From NCBI GenBank assembly GCA_015058215.1, contig SVCU01000010.1:456-64455 (forward strand): 64,000 nt of DNA, given 5' to 3'. This DNA comes from Clostridiales bacterium (GTDB lineage Bacteria; Bacillota; Clostridia; Peptostreptococcales; Anaerovoracaceae). The position numbers and the translations under genes are program-made. Under the pieces are notes generated by a model that saw only the letters and a list, made by a program, of their open reading frames with translations, had not been told where the DNA came from and ran no database searches. Of the stretch, positions 32,196 through 40,095 are shown piece after piece. Numbering within the stretch: position 1 is the first letter of the stretch; each line of letters opens with the position of its first letter.

Positions 32196-32205
32196 TTATT
32201 GTTCG

Positions 32206-32709
32206 CTATTTTTTCAGATAGCCGATTTCTGTGAGGTATTCTGCGTAGCGTTTTTTCTGAGAGGGAATCATTTCCTCCGAATTGACGAAGGCGATGAATT
32301 CCGCTTCGGTCAGCCACTTGTATGCGATGGTTTCCCCGTTTTGAAGCCGGACGGAGGACTTTTCGCAGTCCGTGATCCCCAGATAGTTGAAGTACAGGGT
32401 ATTGTGAGAAACGTAGGTTCCAATCTGCTTTAAGGAAATCAGGGACAGCCCCGTTTCCTCCCGAAGCTCCCGGCGCACGCAAGTGAGTTTGTCTTCCCCT
32501 TTCAGCACGGAACCGCCGGCGGTGGCCTCGAACCAACCACCATAATTGGGCTTTCGGAGGTCTCGCTGCATCAGGAGATAGTCGCCGTCCCGATGACGCA
32601 GGATGATCTGGCAGACCTTGTGGTACAGGCCCGGCGGGATGGGCTCACCCCGCACCAGATCACAGCCGGCCGGTGTGCCATCTTTATAATAGGCATCCCA
32701 AAGTTCCAT
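32206..32709 (-). CDS. NUDIX hydrolase
   Basis: Nudix box GGSVLKGEDKLTCVRRELREETGL. Start at MELWDAYY (ATG 32709), after AGGGGAG. Confidence 0.85.
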   Translation of the reverse strand: MELWDAYYKDGTPAGCDLVRGEPIPPGLYHKVCQIILRHRDGDYLLMQRDLRKPNYGGWFEATAGGSVLKGEDKLTCVRRELREETGLSLISLKQIGTYVSHNTLYFNYLGITDCEKSSVRLQNGETIAYKWLTEAEFIAFVNSEEMIPSQKKRYAEYLTEIGYLKK

Positions 32710-32811
32710 TTTGCTCCCCTTTCTCCGTGCAATACTTGTTTGCTGAAGCTTTGCTTGCAATGCGGCAGTTGTTGTTCTGCCGCCATATATGTCTTGCTGG
32801 CAGATCGGCAG

Positions 32812-33639
32812 TTACTGCTTGCCCGTGCCGTTGCAGGAGCGGCACTTTCCGTTTCCGTGGCAGGTACGGCATCCGGCTTTGGCACCGCCGATCCGGGTAT
32901 AACCATCACCGCCGCAGGTGTTGCAGTCGCCGTCGCCACCGCAGGTACGGCAGTCCGGTTTGGTGTGTTCCGGCACCTTGTTTTCGTATTTGCCGCCTTT
33001 CCAGCTGCTGCCGGAGGATCCTGAATTGGCATACTCGCCCACATCCACACTGCAGCGGACATCGGTTTCCACCACCTGAAATTCCGGACTTCTCCACACC
33101 ATAATGTCGTACCAATTGTTGGATGGAATATGATACACCATAACAAACACATGGTGCTGCGTCCGGTTCAGGGCATGAGAAACTTTGGTCAGTTCGGCAG
33201 TGCCGGTATAATCAAAGCAATACTCTGTTGCCTGCGTAATGTCTCCTGTCTCATAGGTCCAGGTGTTCGTATCCACCAGCGTCAGCTGCCAGCGAGGCTG
33301 CTGCAGAAAGGCAAGCAGTTCCGCTTCGGCCGTTTCCAGGCCGGCATAGGGCGTCATTCTGCGAAATTCCCATTCCATGCCGTGAGAATCCCGGCTGCGA
33401 TCATAATAAGCCGCCCGGTTAAAGAAATCCTGCAGCTGCGGGAATTCGCAGGATGCCGGATCCACCACACCGCTTCCATCGTTCTTGGAGCCGCCGTCCG
33501 AAACATCGACTCCTCCACCGCCAGTGGCATCCTGGCCGCTGGGATCCTCATTCGGACCCGGCACCGCAGAAGTGCAGCCGGTCAGCAGGAGCAGTACTGC
33601 GAAAAAAAGAGCGATGGACTTTCGAAAAGTTTGTTTCAT
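32812..33639 (-). CDS. Lipoprotein with a C-terminal DnaJ-type zinc-finger domain (4 x CxxCxGxG)
   Basis: MKQTFRKSIALFFAVLLLLTGC lipobox. C-terminus CRTCGGDGDCNTCGGDG...CRTCHGNGKCRSCNGTG. Confidence 0.8.
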   Translation of the reverse strand: MKQTFRKSIALFFAVLLLLTGCTSAVPGPNEDPSGQDATGGGGVDVSDGGSKNDGSGVVDPASCEFPQLQDFFNRAAYYDRSRDSHGMEWEFRRMTPYAGLETAEAELLAFLQQPRWQLTLVDTNTWTYETGDITQATEYCFDYTGTAELTKVSHALNRTQHHVFVMVYHIPSNNWYDIMVWRSPEFQVVETDVRCSVDVGEYANSGSSGSSWKGGKYENKVPEHTKPDCRTCGGDGDCNTCGGDGYTRIGGAKAGCRTCHGNGKCRSCNGTGKQ

Positions 33640-33693
33640 GAGATCACCTTTCTTTTGGATCATTCTGGTGCGAAACAACTAAAACCTGGTTTG

Positions 33694-34419
33694 TCATTCT
33701 GCGGTGAAGCAGCTGACCAGTGCCGCTTCTTCCTGGTCGGTGAGGGGGCGGTAAGCGCCCTTTTCCAGGGTTTCATCCAGTTCCAGCGGCCCCATTTTGA
33801 GGCGCTTCAGGTAAGTGACAGTGGCCCCGCAGGCTTCAGCCATGCGCTTTACCTGGTGGTACTTGCCCTCCTGGATGGTGACCAGAGCTGCGTTCTCGGG
33901 AAGCAGCTCCAGCTTGGCGGGAAGGCACAGATAACCGCCATCAATTGTAAGACCGGCCGCGAACTTCTCCGCAGAGCCGTCGGCAAAGGCGCCGTCGTAT
34001 TCGATGTAGTAAAGCTTGTCCACATGGTTTTTGGGGGACAGGATCTTATGGGTCAGAGGGCCGTCGTTGGTGAGCAGCAAAAGCCCTTCGCTGTCCTTAT
34101 CCAGACGGCCGGCCGGAAACAGATCGAAGCTCTGCCAGTGATCGTCCAAAAGATCCAGCACCGTGGCCGCATGTCGATCCTCTGTCGCGGTCAGGTAACC
34201 GGCGGGTTTATGAAGCATCAGATAGACATACTTCTTGTAACGGATCTCCTGCCCGTTCATGGTGAGGCAGGCCGCCTCGGGGTCCAGTTTGAATTCCGGA
34301 CTTTTGACCGTAACGCCGTCCACGGCGAATTCCCCGCTTTTGATGCGGTTTTTCAGTTCTTTTCGGGTACCCATGCCCAGATTGGACAGCACTTTATCCA
34401 GACGTTCCAGCTTTGCCAC
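33694..34419 (-). CDS. rsuA: Pseudouridine synthase, RsuA/RluB family
   Basis: S4 domain (RLDKVLSNLG) and the catalytic GRLDKDSEGLLLLTNDG. Likely GTG start at 34419, 8 nt after AAGGAG. The ORF track starts at 34428. Confidence 0.9.
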   Translation of the reverse strand: MAKLERLDKVLSNLGMGTRKELKNRIKSGEFAVDGVTVKSPEFKLDPEAACLTMNGQEIRYKKYVYLMLHKPAGYLTATEDRHAATVLDLLDDHWQSFDLFPAGRLDKDSEGLLLLTNDGPLTHKILSPKNHVDKLYYIEYDGAFADGSAEKFAAGLTIDGGYLCLPAKLELLPENAALVTIQEGKYHQVKRMAEACGATVTYLKRLKMGPLELDETLEKGAYRPLTDQEEAALVSCFTAE

Positions 34420-34446
34420 GGGGCTCACTCCTTTACAATAATATAT

Positions 34447-35055
34447 TTATGGTAGTTCATTTATGTTTCCAGTTGCTGCATACCAGTATAGCAGATTTTC
34501 CCTTCCTTTGCAATTCCAATGGGTTTCTGCTGTTGCAGGACGGTCCCGACTCCACTGGATCACATGGTAGCCGCAGTCCGCTGCCGTATCCATCAGCGTA
34601 TTGCTGTAAGAACCGAAGGGCGGCCGGAACAGGTCCGGCTGCACCCCGGTCAGCTGCAGGATGGTTTCTCCGGCGGTTTCCAGTTCCCTGCGGATTTCGG
34701 CTCCGGACAGTTTCCCCAGATCCGGGTGCGTGGCGGAATGGTTGCCGATCTCATGGCCGGCAGCGGCGATGGTCTTCACATCCTCGGGAAATTTTTTCGC
34801 CCAGAAATCCACCAGAAAAAACGTGGTTTTCACATCGTATTCCTCCAGGATGGACAAGATGGCGGCGGTGTGCTCGTTTCCCCAGGCCGCGTCGAAACTG
34901 ATGGCGATCTTATTGTCCGGCCGCTCCACGGAATAGATGGGGATCTTTCGTTCCTCCGCAACTACACCGGTCAGGGTCACCGTACACCAGACGGCAGACA
35001 GTACGACGGCACAGGTCATGATCCGCAGGATCCATTTGTAATGTTTCATTCTCAC
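34447..35055 (-). CDS. 5' segment of the split NodB polysaccharide deacetylase (pdaB/pdaA-like), with a 31-codon element-encoded tail
   Basis: N-terminal TM anchor and NodB motifs 1-3 (ISFDAAWG, HEIGNHSATH, LFRPPFG). Host-derived codons end at ...GYHVIQWSRD (codon 171, 34545-34543). The frame then runs into element DNA to a stop at 34447. Confidence 0.85.
   Translation of the reverse strand: MRMKHYKWILRIMTCAVVLSAVWCTVTLTGVVAEERKIPIYSVERPDNKIAISFDAAWGNEHTAAILSILEEYDVKTTFFLVDFWAKKFPEDVKTIAAAGHEIGNHSATHPDLGKLSGAEIRRELETAGETILQLTGVQPDLFRPPFGSYSNTLMDTAADCGYHVIQWSRDRPATAETHWNCKGRENLLYWYAATGNINELP
34521..34567. other. attR-type junction (element half-site / TC core / host half-site)
   Basis: GGGTTTCTGCTGTTGCAGGACGG-TC-CCGACTCCACTGGATCACATGG. 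Confidence 0.75.
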
Positions 35056-36152
35056 ACAAACCTCCTTCTGAAATGGTGCAGAATGGCGGAAACAGGCAGA
35101 ATGAGCCCGGCCCAGCCTGCCAGCGGATAGACGGCGGTCAGCATCCGGTCAAAGGGAAGCGTCCCTCCCACAGCAGCAAGGCAGGCCAGGAAGAAGGCCA
35201 AAAATCGCCTGTTTGCGGGCCTTTTGCTGAGAGTCAGGCTCTCTGTCAAAGACCAGAGCAAAGGGGCCGCAGTGGTGTAAATACTGCCCAGAAGCAGGAA
35301 GGCAAAGATCCCTTCCGTCCAGGAGGCTCTTTGCCCGGCCAGAAAGAGCAACGGAAGCTGGCTTTCCGCCACCGCCGCAAGATCCGTCCGCAGGGCCAGG
35401 TTCATCAGCATGGCACCGGCCATATAGAAGGTTCCGCCAAGAAGACCTCCCCAGGCGGCCCGTCCTGCCCCGGATGCCTCCTTCCCCATGCCGTTCAGAA
35501 AAGGGAACGCAGTCAGAAGATTGTAGGAAGCATAAAGGATCCCCGCGGACCACCAGGAAAATCCGGCAGCACTTTTGGTTCCGATGGCACCGGCCTCCTC
35601 TGCCGCCCGAACCGTACTGTCCGTCTCCAGGAACAGCTGCTGCATGCCCCCTGCCCGTTCCCAGGCATCCAGCAGCACCGTTACGGAAAGCAGAACAGAA
35701 GCCCCCAGGATCAGCATCCCGATCCCCCCGATGGCCTGCAGAAGGGTCCGGAGATCGAAGCAGACCGTCAGGAAGCAAAGCCCCATCATCGCGACGATCC
35801 CTGCCCAGTTCGGCAGACCGAAGGATTCCTGAAAAGCGGCACCTGCCCCTGCGCTCATGACCGCCAGAAACAGGAACATGACGATGGGCATCACAAGACG
35901 ATACAGCGTCCCCAGGGTTTTCCCCAAATAATGATCATAAACCAGATCCGGTTCCGCAAGCTTCAGCCGGGCCCCGTCCGCTGCCACCAAGGCACCGGTC
36001 CCAGCAAAGATCGCCGCTGCCAGAAGACCGCCTCCAAGGCTGCCCCAGAAGCCATACAGGGAAAAGAACCGCAGGACCTCCTGGCCGGATGCAAAGCCGG
36101 AGCCCATGGCAAAGGCGAGGAAACCGCCCGCCATGACCAAAACTTCGAACAT
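35052..36152 (-). CDS. Polytopic membrane protein, YkvI-like (uncertain)
   Basis: About 10 TM segments and an N-terminal FAMGSGFASGQEVLRFF. Its stop overlaps the deacetylase start (ATGA), which suggests an operon. Confidence 0.7.
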   Translation of the reverse strand: MFEVLVMAGGFLAFAMGSGFASGQEVLRFFSLYGFWGSLGGGLLAAAIFAGTGALVAADGARLKLAEPDLVYDHYLGKTLGTLYRLVMPIVMFLFLAVMSAGAGAAFQESFGLPNWAGIVAMMGLCFLTVCFDLRTLLQAIGGIGMLILGASVLLSVTVLLDAWERAGGMQQLFLETDSTVRAAEEAGAIGTKSAAGFSWWSAGILYASYNLLTAFPFLNGMGKEASGAGRAAWGGLLGGTFYMAGAMLMNLALRTDLAAVAESQLPLLFLAGQRASWTEGIFAFLLLGSIYTTAAPLLWSLTESLTLSKRPANRRFLAFFLACLAAVGGTLPFDRMLTAVYPLAGWAGLILPVSAILHHFRRRFV

Positions 36153-36235
36153 AAAAAAACACCTCCTCTGTCCGAATGCTTTGGTCCATTCTACGGAGTA
36201 GGTGCTTGTTTCTATGTGGTCTTTTGGCGGATGCC

Positions 36236-36277
36236 AAAAAACAGAAAGGCCGCTGATCCCCTTGGGGCAGCGGCCTT
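36236..36277 (-). terminator. Rho-independent terminator after rpe
   Basis: Perfect 10-bp stem AAGGCCGCTG / CAGCGGCCTT. A T-run follows on the minus strand. Confidence 0.7.
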
Positions 36278-36289
36278 CTCTGTTTTCGT

Positions 36290-36952
36290 TTACAGTACGT
36301 TCATGAACACTTTGATCTGTTCCTTCAGATCGGCAGCTCCCAAAAGAGCGCTGCCGGTAACAAAGGTGTCCGCACCGGCCGCTTTCACATCGGCCAGGTT
36401 CACGGGATTGATGCCCCCGTCCACTTCGATGGAAAGACCGGGGTTAACCTTGTCTGCCTTTTCACGGAGCACGCGGATCTTATCCAGTGCAGAGGGGATA
36501 AACTTCTGGCCGCCGAAACCGGGGTTGACGGACATCACCAGCACCATGTCGAGCTCGGGCAGGATCCAGTCCAGAACGTCGGGGGAAGTGGCAGGGTTCA
36601 GAGCCACACCAGCCTTTACGCCCAGGGAGTGGATCAGCTGCACGGTGCGGTGCAGATGGGTGCAGGCTTCCGCATGAACGGTGATGTACTCGGTCTGGTC
36701 GGTGACGAAGTTGGGGATGTATTTATCGGGATCTTCGATCATCAGATGCACGTCGAAGGGGACCTTGGTGCGGCCCTTCAGCGCATTGGTAACGCAGTCA
36801 CCGAAGGAGATGTTGGGCACGAAATGGCCGTCCATCACATCCACGTGCAGCAGGTGACAGCCGCCCTCTTCCAGAGCCTGTACCTGTTCGCCCAGGCGGT
36901 AAAAATCAGCAGCCAAGAGAGAGGGTGCCAGACGACAGTTCTTCTTTTCCAT
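36290..36952 (-). CDS. rpe: Ribulose-phosphate 3-epimerase
   Basis: LAPSLLAADF, HVDVMDGHFVPN, MSVNPGFGGQ and VDGGIN motifs. Confidence 0.95.
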   Translation of the reverse strand: MEKKNCRLAPSLLAADFYRLGEQVQALEEGGCHLLHVDVMDGHFVPNISFGDCVTNALKGRTKVPFDVHLMIEDPDKYIPNFVTDQTEYITVHAEACTHLHRTVQLIHSLGVKAGVALNPATSPDVLDWILPELDMVLVMSVNPGFGGQKFIPSALDKIRVLREKADKVNPGLSIEVDGGINPVNLADVKAAGADTFVTGSALLGAADLKEQIKVFMNVL

Positions 36953-37027
36953 AATCGTTCTCCTTCCGGGCCGGAGGCCCTTGTTTCAGCAAATTGACGG
37001 GCCGAAGGCCCTGCACGGCCTTGCGGC

Positions 37028-37933
37028 CTAATACTTTTTTCGGTTCTTCAGTTCTTCCATCTGCACGCAGTAGGATTCGTAGCGGCTCCGATGGATCCTG
37101 CCGTCTTCCACGGCTTCCCGAATGCGGCAGTCCGGTTCGGAAATGTGGCGGCAGTTGTCATAACGGCAGTTGCCCAGAAGGGCTGCCATTTCGGGATAGT
37201 AGTGGGCGAGATCCTGTTCTTCCATGGTGTCCTCTCCCCTCTTGCCACCCTGCTTCAGGGCTTCCAGGTCGAAGGAAGTGAAACCCGGCGTGTCGAAAAT
37301 ATGACCGCCGCCTTCCAGGGCGAACAGTTCCGCATGGCGGGTGGTGTTCTTGCCCCGTCCCAGCTTCTGGCTGATTTCGCCGGTTTCCGCCAGCTCTTTC
37401 CCCATGATACGGTTCAAAATGGAAGATTTCCCTACGCCGGAGGGGCCGGCCAGAGCGGCAATTTTGCCGGAAATGGCCTGTTTCAGCGCATCCAGCCCTT
37501 CGCCTGTCTCGGCGCAGACCGGGAATACGGGATAGAGATCCTTGTAGATCTGCAGCAGCGGAAGTTCTTCCCCTTCCGGGATCAGGTCCATTTTATTGAC
37601 GCAGATCAGCACTTCCGCCCCTTTTTCTTCCGCCATGACCAAGAACCGGTCTGCCACCAGCGGGCTGGGATCGGGATCCGCAGCGGCCAGTACCAGAACC
37701 AGGCATTCCACGTTGGCCACAGGGGGCCGGATGAAGGCATTGCGCCGTTCCTCAATGGTTTCCACCACCGCTTCCCCATCGTCCAGAAGACTGATGGTGA
37801 CCCGGTCTCCCACAAGCGGTGTCATATCCTTCTTGCGGAAGATCCCCCGGGCTCTGCACTGGTAGACCTGCTCGCCGGTATCCACGTAATAGAAGCCGGC
37901 GATGCCTTTTACAATCACACCTTTTACAGCCAT
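37028..37933 (-). CDS. rsgA: Ribosome small-subunit-dependent GTPase A
   Basis: Circularly permuted GTPase: NKMDL, GPSGVGKSS and a C-terminal Zn knuckle CRYDNCRHISEPDC. Confidence 0.93.
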   Translation of the reverse strand: MAVKGVIVKGIAGFYYVDTGEQVYQCRARGIFRKKDMTPLVGDRVTISLLDDGEAVVETIEERRNAFIRPPVANVECLVLVLAAADPDPSPLVADRFLVMAEEKGAEVLICVNKMDLIPEGEELPLLQIYKDLYPVFPVCAETGEGLDALKQAISGKIAALAGPSGVGKSSILNRIMGKELAETGEISQKLGRGKNTTRHAELFALEGGGHIFDTPGFTSFDLEALKQGGKRGEDTMEEQDLAHYYPEMAALLGNCRYDNCRHISEPDCRIREAVEDGRIHRSRYESYCVQMEELKNRKKY

Positions 37934-40083
37934 TAGTTTACCGTCCCTGCGGTGTAATCGATGGTGTATTCCGCCACCTTCACATTGTCGAAGAGCACGG
38001 TAACGGTACCGGTACCGGTGCCGGTGAGTGTGATCTCTTCGGTGCCGGTGCTCTTGAGACGCTGTTCGTTATCGATGGGACGGCCCACACCGGTCTCATC
38101 GGATACGATGACGGTGAGATACAGCACCTCGTTCTGTGCCTTGGAGTAATCGATCTTGATGATCACAGCACCTTCGCCGCTGGTTTCGTCGGGGCCGTTG
38201 CTGAGCACCACGTCGATCTTGGTATCGGAAGTGACCTTATCACCGGCCTTGACGCTCTGGCTGATGCAGAGACCTTCTGCGTATGCAGCGCTGGGGCCGT
38301 AGCTGACCTTACCGATCTTGAGACCGCTGTTGAACAATTTTTCGGTGACTTCCGTCTTTGTGAGCCCCTTCAGGTCGGGGACCTTGACTTCCTTCACTTC
38401 CTTGCCCTTGCTGATGGTCAGGTTGATGGTGGTACCGGTCTTTGCTTCTTCACCGGGATCCACGCTCTGGTCGCAGACTCTGCCTTCGGGAACGGTATTG
38501 CTGTAAGCCTGCTTCACGGTACCCACCACGAAGCCGTAGCTTTCCAGCATGAATTTGGCATCGCTTTCGTTCTTGCCGCGGACATCGGGCACCTGGCTGG
38601 CCAGAACGCCCTTGCTGATGTTGACGGTGATGGTCTGGCCGGTCTTGATCACGTTGCCTTCCTTGGGTGCCTGGGACACGATCTGCCCGGCTTTGTAATC
38701 ATAGCTGGATACTTCCTGGCCCACCTTGATCTTCAGGCCCATTTCCTCGGCCAGAGTTTCCGCTTCTTCCAGAGTCTTGCCCTGGAAGCCGGGAACTTCC
38801 ACTTCCACGGGAGCGGGTTCCTTTTCTTCAAAAATGGGTGCCAGCAGGCTGCTCAGCGGGAAGGCCAGCACGATGGCCAGCGCCACGGCGGCGAACCGGA
38901 CCCAGCCCAGGCCGCCCTTCTTCTTTCCGCTCTTGGGAGCGCTTGCTTTCACTTTTCCCGTAGTTTCCTTAGGAGCCGCCGTCCGTCTTGCGGTGCGGGT
39001 CCTGCTGCTTGCTCGTCTCATAAATTCTTCAATCCCAATCCTTTCCAAAATCCCCTGTTTCTTTGTTTCCCCTGTTTCCTGCTCTTTTTCGTCTTCTTCG
39101 CCGTGCTGCAGGCGCACCACGGAAGTGCCGTCCTCCAGAGTTTCCACATCACCGATGTTGATGGCACCGGATCTGCGGCCTCCGTTGATCATATCCATCA
39201 TCATGGTGGCATCCAGCGTAGCTTTTCCCGTATACCCTCCGGGGCCGCTGAAGATGCCGATGGTGGACAGGCTGGCGTTCTGAAGGGCTTCCAGCATGGC
39301 ATCGGCGGTCAGATAGCGATTGACCGGATACTTCTGGGTGGCCTTCATCACCACCTCTTCCAGTTCCTGAGGAATGGTATCCACCAGTCTGGAGGGCGGA
39401 GTGATCTCCTCGTTCATGTGCTTCACAGCTACGGCTACCGGGTTGTCCGCATCGAAGGGGACCTGACCGGTCAGCATTTCGTAGAGCATGATGCCCATGG
39501 AATAGATATCGGTTTTTTCATCCACATAACCGCCGCGGGCCTGCTCGGGAGACAGGTAGTGGACGGAACCCAGCACCATGCCGGTGTTGCCTACCACAGT
39601 CCCCATATCCACGGCCTTGGCGATGCCGAAGTCGGTGATCTTGGCGGTGCCGTCACTGGTCAGCAGGATGTTATGCGGCTTCACGTCGCGATGGATGATC
39701 TGGTGCTTGTGGGCATGGGACAGTGCGGAGCAGATCTGACGGGCGATGCGGACCGCTTCTCTGGGAGCCATGGGGCCCTCCTGCCGGATCAGATCGGCCA
39801 GGGTCTTGCCCTCCACCAGTTCCATAACGATGAAGTTGATGCTGCCTTCCCGGCCAACGTCGTAAATCCCCACGATGTTGGGATGGGTCAGACTTGCCGC
39901 CGCCTGGGACTCTCTCCGGAAGTTCTCGATGAACTTGGCGTCCTTGCTGTAAGCGGGCTTTAATATTTTAATGGCTACGAGTCGGTTCAGCAGCCGGCAG
40001 CGGGCCTTATAGACCACGGCCATGCCGCCGTCGCCGATCTTTTCCAGAAGTTCGTATCTTCCGGCTAATACTCTGTTGCTCAT
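37933..40083 (-). CDS. prkC: Ser/Thr protein kinase with PASTA repeats (PrkC/Stk1)
   Basis: Kinase domain (IGDGGMAVVYKA, HRDVKPHNIL, DFGIA), a TM segment, then three PASTA-like repeats. Confidence 0.95.
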   Translation of the reverse strand: MSNRVLAGRYELLEKIGDGGMAVVYKARCRLLNRLVAIKILKPAYSKDAKFIENFRRESQAAASLTHPNIVGIYDVGREGSINFIVMELVEGKTLADLIRQEGPMAPREAVRIARQICSALSHAHKHQIIHRDVKPHNILLTSDGTAKITDFGIAKAVDMGTVVGNTGMVLGSVHYLSPEQARGGYVDEKTDIYSMGIMLYEMLTGQVPFDADNPVAVAVKHMNEEITPPSRLVDTIPQELEEVVMKATQKYPVNRYLTADAMLEALQNASLSTIGIFSGPGGYTGKATLDATMMMDMINGGRRSGAINIGDVETLEDGTSVVRLQHGEEDEKEQETGETKKQGILERIGIEEFMRRASSRTRTARRTAAPKETTGKVKASAPKSGKKKGGLGWVRFAAVALAIVLAFPLSSLLAPIFEEKEPAPVEVEVPGFQGKTLEEAETLAEEMGLKIKVGQEVSSYDYKAGQIVSQAPKEGNVIKTGQTITVNISKGVLASQVPDVRGKNESDAKFMLESYGFVVGTVKQAYSNTVPEGRVCDQSVDPGEEAKTGTTINLTISKGKEVKEVKVPDLKGLTKTEVTEKLFNSGLKIGKVSYGPSAAYAEGLCISQSVKAGDKVTSDTKIDVVLSNGPDETSGEGAVIIKIDYSKAQNEVLYLTVIVSDETGVGRPIDNEQRLKSTGTEEITLTGTGTGTVTVLFDNVKVAEYTIDYTAGTVN

Positions 40084-40095
40084 GGTGTTCCCCCT

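Larger units (their letters stand above)
23943..34545. mobile_element. 10.6-kb serine-recombinase intervening/integrative element inside the deacetylase gene (non-phage cargo)
   Basis: Bounded by the two halves of one in-frame gene. GTCCCG is duplicated at both junctions. A large serine recombinase gene sits at the left end. The ends form an attP-like imperfect palindrome. The flanks are a conserved core synteny block. Confidence 0.8.

Noticed and set aside
23943-34545. Interpreting the inserted element as a prophage
   Set aside because: It has no terminase, portal, capsid, tail, holin/lysin or repressor-like genes. The cargo is metabolic and housekeeping-like. I call it an intervening/integrative element, not a prophage.
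37819-39963. 714-aa plus-strand ORF. Similar long ORFs occur at 43614-46220, 61119-63326, 9824-11164 (minus strand) and 27211-28497 (minus strand).
   Set aside because: Each is antisense to a gene with strong family motifs (prkC, priA/asnA, hflX, the phosphodiesterase, the ABC permease), and each has a compositionally biased, motif-free translation.
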